Source of the DNA: an uncultured Anaerolinea sp. | Lineage (GTDB): Bacteria > Chloroflexota > Anaerolineae > Anaerolineales > Anaerolineaceae | Length of the DNA stretch: 64,000 nucleotides | NCBI GenBank assembly: GCA_964403875.1 | Contig: CAYOHX010000007.1 | Coordinates: forward strand, 3,842-67,841 | Reading direction: 5' to 3' | In this document: positions 56,437-64,000 of the stretch, in pieces | Layout of the letters: each line of letters starts with the position of its first letter | How positions within the stretch are numbered: position 1 is the stretch's first letter | Position numbers and translations under genes: made by a program | The notes under the pieces: generated by a model | The model's database searches: none | The model's input: only the letters and a program-made list of their open reading frames with translations | Told to the model about the DNA's origin: nothing

Positions 56437-57510
56437 ATGGCTAGAATTTTTGATGTTGTTGAATACCCCAGCGAGATGGCGGAGGAATTGGTCCACCGCT
56501 TCCCTGAGCAGGGGGTGGCTGACCTTCGCTTTGGTTCGCAGGTCATTGTGCGCGAGTCACAGCGCGCGGTGTTCTTCCGCGACGGACATGCGCTGGATGT
56601 GCTTGGCCCAGGCCGCCACACCATCAGCACGGCTAACGTGCCGGTGTTGACCGACTTTCTTGGTAAAGCTTTTGATAACCGCACGCCTTTCACGGCGGAG
56701 GTGTACTACGTTTCGATGCGCGAGTTCGCGGATCGCAAATGGGGCACCCCGCAGCCCATCCTGGTCTCCAATCCGGGCATGGGGTTGGGCGTGGCCCTAC
56801 TGCAAGGCTATGGCAGCTACAGCTTCCAGATTAAAGATGCGCAGCAGTTCGTGACCCAAATTGTCGGCGCTCAGGGAATGTATCGCACTTCGGATATTGA
56901 AAACCGCTTGCGGGTGATGCTGCTCTCGAAGTTACAAGATTTGCTGGCCGAAACCGCTGTAAAGAACAGCGTGGCTGCGCTGATTGGCTTGACCGAAGAG
57001 ATTGGCGCGGGTGTGCGGGCCAAGGCCCAGGATGACTTCGCGGCGATCGGGTTGCTGCTGAAGAGCTTCTACATTGGCAACCTCAAGCCGTCTGAAAAGT
57101 CGGCGGAAGAACTGCGCCAGATGGGTATGCTCGATACGACCACCTACACCCAGTTGCAGGCCGCGGACGCCATGCGCGACGCAGCGCAGAATCCGGGCGG
57201 TGGCGCGGGCTTGACCGCCGGCATCGGGGCCGGGTTGGGGATCGGCAACATCCTGACCAACACCTTGCAAGGTGGGGCGGCGGGCCAACAGGCTGGCCTG
57301 GGTGGCGCCGTGGCTGCCGGGGCTGGGGCCGCGGGTGCTGCCAGCGCTGGTATTCCGGATGTGATGACCCCATCGGAGGCGGCGGGCATTCTGCGCGTCT
57401 CGGAAGAAGATGTGGTGGCGGCCATTACGGCGGGCGATTTGAAAGCTCGCAAGATCGGCAGCGCGTATCGCATTAGCAAAGAGGCTTTGGAAGCCTTCTT
57501 GAAGGGGTAA
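56437..57510 (+). CDS. SPFH/Band-7 (YdjI-like) protein with C-terminal excisionase-like HTH (HTH_17)
   Basis: SPFH motifs VIVRESQRAVFFRDG, LGPGRHT and KWGT; C-terminal MTPSEAAGILRVS...LKARKIGSAYRISKEAL. Confidence 0.85.
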   Translation: MARIFDVVEYPSEMAEELVHRFPEQGVADLRFGSQVIVRESQRAVFFRDGHALDVLGPGRHTISTANVPVLTDFLGKAFDNRTPFTAEVYYVSMREFADRKWGTPQPILVSNPGMGLGVALLQGYGSYSFQIKDAQQFVTQIVGAQGMYRTSDIENRLRVMLLSKLQDLLAETAVKNSVAALIGLTEEIGAGVRAKAQDDFAAIGLLLKSFYIGNLKPSEKSAEELRQMGMLDTTTYTQLQAADAMRDAAQNPGGGAGLTAGIGAGLGIGNILTNTLQGGAAGQQAGLGGAVAAGAGAAGAASAGIPDVMTPSEAAGILRVSEEDVVAAITAGDLKARKIGSAYRISKEALEAFLKG

Positions 57511-57524
57511 ACTAACCATTGTGA

Positions 57525-57566
57525 AACAAAAAAGGCGTGGTGTTTCGGCATCGCGCCTTTTTTGTT
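57525..57566 (+). terminator. Rho-independent terminator
   Basis: aacaaaaaaggcg...cgccttttttgtt. Confidence 0.8.
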
Positions 57567-57781
57567 CCTTGCCGAGCGGTGGCTCATTCCGGGGCATCAT
57601 TGACAAATTCGCGTCACTTAGGGATTTATGTTATAAATAATATAGAATGAGCCAAACCACTCGGCCAGTATGGAACCAATCCCGGGTTTGTGGCGTTCGC
57701 GGGTGAACCTTTGCCTGGAACTCCCCAAATTCGGGTTTTCCTATCTACTGACAGAGCTATCCGTATATTTTGGGGAAAGGT

Positions 57782-58918
57782 ATGAAACTTCACGAGTATC
57801 AATCCAAGCACATCTTCGCGAAGTACGGCGTGCCAATTCCGCGCGGGCACGTGGTGACTACCGCCGGCGAGGTGAAACACCTGGCCGAAGAATTGGGCAA
57901 CCGGGTCGTCATTAAGGCGCAGGTGTTGGTGGGCGGGCGCGGCAAAGCAGGCGGCATTCGCCTGGCCAAAACCGCCAAAGAAGCCGAAGAACTGGCTACC
58001 CACATTCTGGGCATGGAACTGAAAGGCCTGCCGGTGCGCAAGATTTTGGTGGATGAGGCGGTTAGCATCACCAAAGAGATCTACCTGGGGATTACCAATG
58101 ACCGTACCGCCCGCAAGCCGGTGATGATGGCCTCTTCTGCCGGCGGCGTGGATATCGAAGAGGTTGCTGCCCGCACCCCGGAAAAAATTATCAAGGTTCA
58201 CATCGACCCGCTGCTGGGCTTGCGCGAATACCAGGCCCGTGACCTGGCCGCGGCCATTGATTTGCCGCGCAGCCTGTGGCGATCGTTTAGTGAAGTAGCG
58301 ACGGGTCTGTGGAACGCCTACGTGGCTTGCGATGCGACCCTGGCAGAAATCAACCCGCTGGTTATTACCAACGAACAACGCTTGCTGGCGCTGGATGGCA
58401 AGATGGTGGTGGATGATAACGCTCTGCCCCGACGTCCCGAGTTGAATGAGATGCGTGACATGGACGTTGAAGATGAGGCCGAGGTGGAGGCGCGCAAGTA
58501 TGGTCTGTCTTACATCAGCCTGGATGGTGAAATTGGCTGCATGGTCAATGGGGCCGGGTTGGCGATGGCGACTATGGATATCATCAAGCTTTCGGGCGGC
58601 GAGCCGGCTAACTTCCTGGACATTGGTGGTGGGGCCAGCGCCGAAAAGGTGGCCGCTGCGTTGCGGATCATTCTCTCCGATGCAAAGGTGAAGGCGGTGC
58701 TCTTCAATATCTTTGGGGGGATCACTCGCTGTGACGAGGTGGCGCGCGGAATCCTGGCGGCGCTGAAAGAAGTGAAGACCCAGGTGCCGATGGTGGTGCG
58801 CCTGGTGGGCACCAACGCCGAGGAAGGCCGGCGGCTGCTGGCGGAAGCCAACATGGCGACTGCTGAAACACTCCTCGAGGCGGCGCAAAAAGCGGTCGCG
58901 ATTGCGAAAGGGGCCTGA
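57782..58918 (+). CDS. sucC: Succinyl-CoA synthetase beta subunit
   Basis: Motifs [37 protein letters not shown] and NIFGGI. Confidence 0.95.
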   Translation: MKLHEYQSKHIFAKYGVPIPRGHVVTTAGEVKHLAEELGNRVVIKAQVLVGGRGKAGGIRLAKTAKEAEELATHILGMELKGLPVRKILVDEAVSITKEIYLGITNDRTARKPVMMASSAGGVDIEEVAARTPEKIIKVHIDPLLGLREYQARDLAAAIDLPRSLWRSFSEVATGLWNAYVACDATLAEINPLVITNEQRLLALDGKMVVDDNALPRRPELNEMRDMDVEDEAEVEARKYGLSYISLDGEIGCMVNGAGLAMATMDIIKLSGGEPANFLDIGGGASAEKVAAALRIILSDAKVKAVLFNIFGGITRCDEVARGILAALKEVKTQVPMVVRLVGTNAEEGRRLLAEANMATAETLLEAAQKAVAIAKGA

Positions 58919-59736
58919 TCATGAGCATCTTAATCAACAAGAATACACGCCTGTTGGTGCAGGGTATTACTGGTAACGAAGGTCTGTTCCACACCACCCA
59001 GATGGTGGCCTATGGCACCAATGTGGTGGCTGGGGTGACGCCGGGCAAGGGCGGGGAATGGGCGCTGGATGGCAAGATGGTGGTGGATGATAACGCTCTG
59101 CCCCGACGTCCCGAGTTGAATGAGATGCGTGACATGGACGTTGAAGATGAGGCCGAGGTGGAGGCGCGCAAGTATGGTCTGTCTTACATCAGCCTGGATG
59201 GTGAAATTGGCTGCATGGTCAATGGGGCCGGGTTGGCGATGGCGACTATGGATATCATCAAGCTTTCGGGCGGCGAGCCGGCTAACTTCCTGGACATTGG
59301 TGGTGGGGCCAGCGCCGAAAAGGTGGCCGCTGCGTTGCGGATCATTCTCTCCGATGCAAAGGTGAAGGCGGTGCTCTTCAATATCTTTGGGGGGATCACT
59401 CGCTGTGACGAGGTGGCGCGCGGAATCCTGGCGGCGCTGAAAGAAGTGAAGACCCAGGTGCCGATGGTGGTGCGCCTGGTGGGCACCAACGCCGAGGAAG
59501 GCCGGCGGCTGCTGGCGGAAGCCAACATGGCGACTGCTGAAACACTCCTCGAGGCGGCGCAAAAAGCGGTCGCGATTGCGAAAGGGGCCTGATCATGAGC
59601 ATCTTAATCAACAAGAATACACGCCTGTTGGTGCAGGGTATTACTGGTAACGAAGGTCTGTTCCACACCACCCAGATGGTGGCCTATGGCACCAATGTGG
59701 TGGCTGGGGTGACGCCGGGCAAGGGCGGGGAATGGG
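58387..59736. repeat. Exact tandem duplication, 674-bp period, spanning sucC 3' half and sucD 5' end
   Basis: 58387-59062 repeats at 59061-59736; no differences seen by eye. Confidence 0.95.
58921..59592 (+). CDS. Chimeric SucD(N-terminal ~47 aa)-SucC(C-terminal) ORF produced by the duplication (possibly assembly artefact)
   Basis: MSILINKN...GKGGEW is joined in frame to [10 protein letters not shown]...IAKGA. Confidence 0.55.
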   Translation: MSILINKNTRLLVQGITGNEGLFHTTQMVAYGTNVVAGVTPGKGGEWALDGKMVVDDNALPRRPELNEMRDMDVEDEAEVEARKYGLSYISLDGEIGCMVNGAGLAMATMDIIKLSGGEPANFLDIGGGASAEKVAAALRIILSDAKVKAVLFNIFGGITRCDEVARGILAALKEVKTQVPMVVRLVGTNAEEGRRLLAEANMATAETLLEAAQKAVAIAKGA

Positions 59737-60458
59737 TGATGGATGGAAAAATTCCGGTGTTCGATACAGTGAAGACCGGAGTGGAGACCACCGGCGCGAA
59801 CACCAGTGTGATCTTTGTGCCGGCTCGGTTTGCCGCCGATGCGATTCTGGAGGCGGCGGACGCGGGCGTGGCTTTGATTGTGTGTATTACAGAAGGCGTG
59901 CCCGTGCAGGACATGATGAGGGTGCGCGCTTACATCGATCAGAAAAAGGTGCGCCTGGTTGGGCCCAACTGCCCTGGGCTGCTGACGCCCGGCGAGTGCA
60001 AGGTGGGTATCATTCCGAATAATATCGCCGCGCCTGGGAATATCGGGATTGTTTCACGCTCGGGCACGTTGACTTACGAGGTCTTGTATGCCTTGCGAGC
60101 GGCGGGGCGGGGCTCCAGCACTTGTGTTGGCATTGGCGGTGACCCGGTGAACGGCACCAACTTCATCGATGTGCTGGACATGTTCGAATCGGATCCACGG
60201 ACTGAGCAGGTGGTGATGATTGGCGAGATTGGCGGATCAGATGAGGAACGCGCCGCGGATTTCATTGCCCGTGAAATGACCAAACCCGTGGTAGGGTTTA
60301 TCGCCGGGCAGTCGGCTCCTCCGGGGAAACGCATGGGTCATGCCGGGGCGATCATCGAAGGCTCGTCGGGGCAGGCCGGGGGCAAGATTCGCGCGCTGGA
60401 GGAAGCTGGTGTGCGCGTGGCTCGCCATCCCGAAGAGATCCCCTCGCTGCTGCGGTAA
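59595..60458 (+). CDS. sucD: Succinyl-CoA synthetase alpha subunit
   Basis: Motifs [26 protein letters not shown] and MGHAGA (phospho-His). Confidence 0.95.
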   Translation: MSILINKNTRLLVQGITGNEGLFHTTQMVAYGTNVVAGVTPGKGGEWVMDGKIPVFDTVKTGVETTGANTSVIFVPARFAADAILEAADAGVALIVCITEGVPVQDMMRVRAYIDQKKVRLVGPNCPGLLTPGECKVGIIPNNIAAPGNIGIVSRSGTLTYEVLYALRAAGRGSSTCVGIGGDPVNGTNFIDVLDMFESDPRTEQVVMIGEIGGSDEERAADFIAREMTKPVVGFIAGQSAPPGKRMGHAGAIIEGSSGQAGGKIRALEEAGVRVARHPEEIPSLLR

Positions 60459-60469
60459 AGAACGAATCA

Positions 60470-60525
60470 AAAACACCGTCGCGAACAGGTAACGCTGTGG
60501 AAGCGCAACCTTGCGGCGGTGTTTT
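60470..60525. terminator. Hairpin between convergent sucD and acpP
   Basis: Inverted repeat aaaacaccgtcgc...gcggcggtgtttt. Confidence 0.6.
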
Positions 60526-60544
60526 GTTTTAATGGAAGGGGGAT

Positions 60545-60781
60545 TTAGCCCTTGCGTGTGTCGATATAGCGAACGACGTCGCCAACCGTGCGAATCCCGC
60601 GGGCGTCTTCGTCACCAATATTCGTGTTGAACTTTTCACAGAATCCATCGATCAAGAAGAACTGGTCCATAGAGTCGGCTTTCAGGTCTTCCACAAATCG
60701 GGTGTCCATATCGATACCCTCACCGTCGATCTTCAGTACCTCGGTGATAACGGCTTTGACTTCGGCAAGCGTGTCGCTCAT
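60545..60781 (-). CDS. acpP: Acyl carrier protein
   Basis: 78-aa acidic protein with DLKADSMD (phosphopantetheine Ser) and IRTVGDVV; AGGAGG RBS. Confidence 0.88.
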   Translation of the reverse strand: MSDTLAEVKAVITEVLKIDGEGIDMDTRFVEDLKADSMDQFFLIDGFCEKFNTNIGDEDARGIRTVGDVVRYIDTRKG

Positions 60782-60826
60782 TCCAAACCTCCTACGGGGT
60801 GATGCAAAATCGTTCTTGTCTAATGT

Positions 60827-60854
60827 ATTGTATGTAGCCTGGGGGATCTGTCAA
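60827..60854 (-). promoter_or_regulatory. Sigma70-type promoter of acpP
   Basis: Minus strand TTGACA-16nt-TACAAT. Confidence 0.6.
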
Positions 60855-60938
60855 GACTAACAATAGGCCAATTTGGTATACTTCATACTAGCAAACCCCG
60901 CCCATTGGGAAAGGGTTCGCTGAAAAGCGAGGAAACCC

Positions 60939-61979
60939 ATGCCGGAATCACACCCTCTGACGGCTTCGCGGAAGGCCGACCATATCCGCATCAATCTGGA
61001 AGAAGATGTTCGTTCTGGGTTGACCACTGGCCTGGAGCGCTACCGTTTTGTTCACGAAGCGCTGCCGGAAATTGACCTGGATTCGGTGGACCTGTCGCAG
61101 ACGTTGTTTGGAAAACGGCTTTCGGCGCCGATTTTAATTTCGGCGATGACCGGGGGAGCCAAACAGGCTGAACGGGTGAACGCCGTGCTGGCCGAGGCAG
61201 CCCAGGTGAGCGGGGTGGCTATGGGTGTGGGTTCGCAGCGCGCCGGGCTGGAGGATGAGAGCCTGGCCGAGTCTTTCCAGGTTCGCCGCTTCGCTCCGGA
61301 TATTCTCTTGTTCGGCAACCTGGGCGCGGTGCAATTGAATTATGGCTACACGGTGGACCACTGCCGTCGGGCCGTGGATATGATTGAAGCCGATGCGTTG
61401 GTGCTGCATTTGAATTCGATTCAGGAGGCGATTCAACCCGAGGGTAACACCCGTTTTTCGGAGCTGGCGCGCAAGATCGAGACGGTTTGCAAAACCCTGC
61501 CAGTACCCGTTATTGCCAAAGAGGTGGGCTGGGGAATTTCAGAGCGGACGGCGCGCTTGCTGGCTGATGCGGGCGTGGCTGCCATCGACGCGGCGGGGGC
61601 AGGAGGCACCTCCTGGTCGCAGGTGGAGCGCTACCGCATTGGAGATCCCAGCCTGGCGCGCGTGGCAGAGGCTTTTCGGGATTGGGGCATACCAACCGCC
61701 GAATCCATTCAAATGATCCGGCGGGCTGCTCCGGGACTGCCGGTGTTTGCTTCGGGTGGACTGCGGGATGGGGTTGATATTGCCAAGTGCATTGCCCTGG
61801 GAGCCACATTGGGCGGCATGGCGGGGGTTTTTCTCAAGGCGGCAGTACGTTCGATGGAAGATGTGGTGGAGATGATCGAAGAAACAAGCGCGCAAATTCG
61901 CATTTGTATGTTTGGCGCGGGCGCGCTGGATCTGAAGACCCTCCAGGCGGTGGGTGTAATGAAAGACGAAAGGAAATGA
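60939..61979 (+). CDS. fni: Type 2 isopentenyl-diphosphate delta-isomerase
   Basis: Motifs RKADHI, SAMTGG, GSQR, HLN.IQE, KEVG.G and GAGGTSW. Confidence 0.93.
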   Translation: MPESHPLTASRKADHIRINLEEDVRSGLTTGLERYRFVHEALPEIDLDSVDLSQTLFGKRLSAPILISAMTGGAKQAERVNAVLAEAAQVSGVAMGVGSQRAGLEDESLAESFQVRRFAPDILLFGNLGAVQLNYGYTVDHCRRAVDMIEADALVLHLNSIQEAIQPEGNTRFSELARKIETVCKTLPVPVIAKEVGWGISERTARLLADAGVAAIDAAGAGGTSWSQVERYRIGDPSLARVAEAFRDWGIPTAESIQMIRRAAPGLPVFASGGLRDGVDIAKCIALGATLGGMAGVFLKAAVRSMEDVVEMIEETSAQIRICMFGAGALDLKTLQAVGVMKDERK

Positions 61980-61982
61980 GAC

Positions 61983-62999
61983 ATGACTCTCAAGAAGGCG
62001 ATGGACTCAATGCTTCCGGCGATCGAAGATGAATTGAAGCAGGTTGTGCGCCGCACAACTCCGGAACGTTATCCCCGGTTGAGGGAAATGTTGGCTTACC
62101 ACATGGGCTGGGAGGGCGAGGGCGCTGGACCCGATGCCCAGGGCAAACGCATTCGCCCACTGCTGACGTTGTTGTGCGCCCAAGCCTGTGGCGCAGATTG
62201 GAAGGTGGCCTTACCTGCCGCTGCGGCGGTGGAACTGATTCACAATTTTTCGCTGATTCATGATGACATTCAAGACCAGAGCCCATTGCGCCGTAACCGA
62301 TCCACCGTGTGGGTCAAGTGGGGCGTGGCCCAGGCGATCAACGCCGGCGATGTGATGTTCACCCAGGCCTTCGCGGCGCTCCAGGGCTTGCGTGGGGCCG
62401 GAGTTCCAGCCGAGGTTGTGCTGGAGGCCGAGCATACTTTGCAAAATACCTGTCTGCGCCTCACGGAAGGGCAGTTTCTGGACCTCACCTATGAAACGCA
62501 AACCGATTTGAGCCTGGAAGATTATTGGCCGATGATTGGTGGAAAGACTTCGGCGCTGCTGGCTTGCTGTGCCGAGTTGGGGGCGCTGGTGGTGGGGGAA
62601 GCCGAAACGCGCAGAGCGCATTTCCGTGAGTTTGGCTTTGCGCTGGGGCTGGCTTTTCAGGTGCTGGATGATTGGCTGGGCATTTGGGGAGACGCGGCCT
62701 TGACGGGAAAATCTACCGATAGTGATCTGGTTTCAGGCAAGAAGTCGCTGCCGGTGTTGTTCGCGTTGGAGCAGAAGGGCCAATTTGCCTGGCGGTGGGC
62801 GGCTGGGCCGGTGGCCACTGGACAGGTGGCGGAGGTGGTCAAGCTGTTGGACGCAACCGGAGCGCAAGAATTTTCGCTGGCTGAAGCGGAGCGGTTGACG
62901 AAGCAGGCATTGGCTGCGTTGGAGCGGGCTGTGCCGGATGAAGACGCCCGCGCCCCACTGCAAGAGCTGGCGGGGATGCTGTTGAAGAGAAAAAATTGA
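61983..62999 (+). CDS. Polyprenyl (GGPP-type) diphosphate synthase
   Basis: Motifs GKRIRP, FARM FSLIHDDIQD, GQFLD, KT and SARM FQVLDD. Confidence 0.9.
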   Translation: MTLKKAMDSMLPAIEDELKQVVRRTTPERYPRLREMLAYHMGWEGEGAGPDAQGKRIRPLLTLLCAQACGADWKVALPAAAAVELIHNFSLIHDDIQDQSPLRRNRSTVWVKWGVAQAINAGDVMFTQAFAALQGLRGAGVPAEVVLEAEHTLQNTCLRLTEGQFLDLTYETQTDLSLEDYWPMIGGKTSALLACCAELGALVVGEAETRRAHFREFGFALGLAFQVLDDWLGIWGDAALTGKSTDSDLVSGKKSLPVLFALEQKGQFAWRWAAGPVATGQVAEVVKLLDATGAQEFSLAEAERLTKQALAALERAVPDEDARAPLQELAGMLLKRKN

Positions 63000-63046
63000 A
63001 CTTCTCTTATCCCTTGAATTGCCGGAACAGCGGCTTTTGGAGTATC

Positions 63047-63856
63047 TTAATCACCCTCGAGAAACGGCGACGCGTGGGGCAGGTCTTCGGGGGGGAGGGG
63101 CTTGGGTTTGGGCGGAGGCTGCGGCAGGCGGCGGGCTAGCTGCCACAAAGCGATTGCCAGAACCGCCCAGGCGATGATCTGCGACTGGCGGATGCGATCG
63201 AGGAGCAAAACACTGTCGCCGCGGAACCCCTCTACCAACAGTCGGGCGGCGGCAGAACCCGCCAGAAACATCCAGAACCGGCTGCCGGGGGTCGATTGGA
63301 AGAAGCAAGCAACCAGATCGTTGGCCCGCGGCCATATCGCCAGGGCAACCATCCAGGCCAGAAGCGTTTCGTACACCTGGGTGGGGTGGCGGCGCGCGCC
63401 CCACAACTCGATGCCCCAGGGCAGGTTGGTGGGCGAACCGAAAGCATCTCCCGAAGAGAAGTGAGAAAGGCCCAGCGCGATGCCAAAAACGGCCAGCCCG
63501 ACCGTCAGCGTGTCGAGGACGGGCCAAAAGGGCAATTCCAGGATTCTGCCATAGACGAGCGCGGCCAACCCGGCAAATAGCAGGCCTCCTGAGAGGTCAA
63601 ACATGTCGAACGAGATGGACAGAATGCCCCAGGGCCGCCCGGCGAAGGCGCTCAGGTGCGTGAAGGCATAGGCCAGGCGGGCGCCAACGACCCCCACAAT
63701 CACCGACAGCCACACCATGTTGAACAGATCATTGGGATTGAGCCGTTGTTTGGGGGCCAGTTTGCGGATTTGTTCCAGGCCAATCCAAAAGCCGAACATG
63801 AGGAGGAGTTCGGGCAGGCGGATGGATAGAGGACCGATAGAGAACATGGGCAGCAT
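63047..63856 (-). CDS. Prolipoprotein diacylglyceryl transferase (Lgt)-like protein, divergent
   Basis: Motifs GARLAY, G.PTNLPWG, HPTQVYE and RLLVEGFRGD. Confidence 0.75.
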   Translation of the reverse strand: MLPMFSIGPLSIRLPELLLMFGFWIGLEQIRKLAPKQRLNPNDLFNMVWLSVIVGVVGARLAYAFTHLSAFAGRPWGILSISFDMFDLSGGLLFAGLAALVYGRILELPFWPVLDTLTVGLAVFGIALGLSHFSSGDAFGSPTNLPWGIELWGARRHPTQVYETLLAWMVALAIWPRANDLVACFFQSTPGSRFWMFLAGSAAARLLVEGFRGDSVLLLDRIRQSQIIAWAVLAIALWQLARRLPQPPPKPKPLPPEDLPHASPFLEGD

Positions 63857-63857
63857 A

Positions 63858-64000
63858 TCAATCCTCCCCGCCCAACAGTTCTTCTACCTGACTGCGCAGC
63901 AAAGGTTCGCTGACTGCGCCGATGACAACTTTGCGAACGACCCCTTCCTGGTCCACGAAGAAGGTGGAGGGGAATGCGCTGATCTGATAACCGGCGAGCA
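63858..64000 (-). CDS. TlpA/thioredoxin-like protein, C-terminal part (truncated by window edge)
   Basis: Minus-strand translation YQISAFPSTFFVDQEGVVRKVVIGAVSE...*, with the typical P.T..vD..G.i motif. Confidence 0.75.
   Translation of the reverse strand, partial: LAGYQISAFPSTFFVDQEGVVRKVVIGAVSEPLLRSQVEELLGGED

Noticed and set aside
57360-57510. Excisionase-like HTH as a sign of a prophage or ICE
   Set aside because: It is fused in frame to an SPFH protein, and no integrase or phage genes are nearby.
57626-58888. 420-aa antisense ORF over sucC, and other long antisense ORFs (1813-2952, 17622-18881, 19202-20179, 22626-23732, 30408-31466, 38956-39891, 40447-41433)
   Set aside because: These are shadow frames of well-supported genes in GC-rich DNA and have no motifs.
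60890-60935. GCAAACC...GAAAGG sequence upstream of fni resembling a riboswitch
   Set aside because: Too short and lacks the second stem of known motifs.
60939-62999. fni + GGPP-type synthase as evidence of archaeal-type lipid synthesis
   Set aside because: This pair is ordinary in bacterial isoprenoid metabolism, and no GGGP/DGGGP synthase is in the window.
1-64000. tRNA/rRNA genes and IS elements
   Set aside because: No cloverleaf or T-loop signature in intergenic DNA, and no transposase-like ORF was recognised.

Overview
This is a GC-rich bacterial chromosomal segment, most likely from Chloroflexota class Anaerolineae. That assignment is an inference from the Thr/Pro-rich linker proteins, Ser/Thr kinase-PD40 pairs, the Tad/Flp locus layout and the STAND cyclase. 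Most of the window is housekeeping: DPS-like ferritin, psuG/psuK, an envelope/EPS operon with two FemAB-like transferases, ridA, cydAB, a GH29 fucosidase, an acyl-CoA ligase, miaA, cinA, glgA-malQ, hpf-comF-tad-flp, sucCD, acpP, fni plus a polyprenyl synthase, and an Lgt-like gene. I found no rRNA, tRNA, CRISPR array, integrase or transposase. The most notable structure is a ~1.9-kb AT-richer islet at the 3' end of miaA (37095-38970). It carries a nucleotidyltransferase gene and a lipoprotein gene, contains a diverged second copy of the miaA 3' end, and is bracketed by three arrays of CGAAT units at 10-bp periodicity (two direct, one inverted), with no recombinase. This looks like a candidate recombinase-free cassette-accretion site. 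Other oddities: an exact 674-bp tandem duplication creating a sucD'-'sucC chimera, a soluble-adenylyl-cyclase-like STAND protein, RidA with Cys-rich tails, a deaminase-CYTH fusion, an SPFH-excisionase-HTH fusion, an orphan eCIS-type AAA ATPase, and several apparently leaderless genes. All product calls come from motif recognition by eye; no database searches were run.
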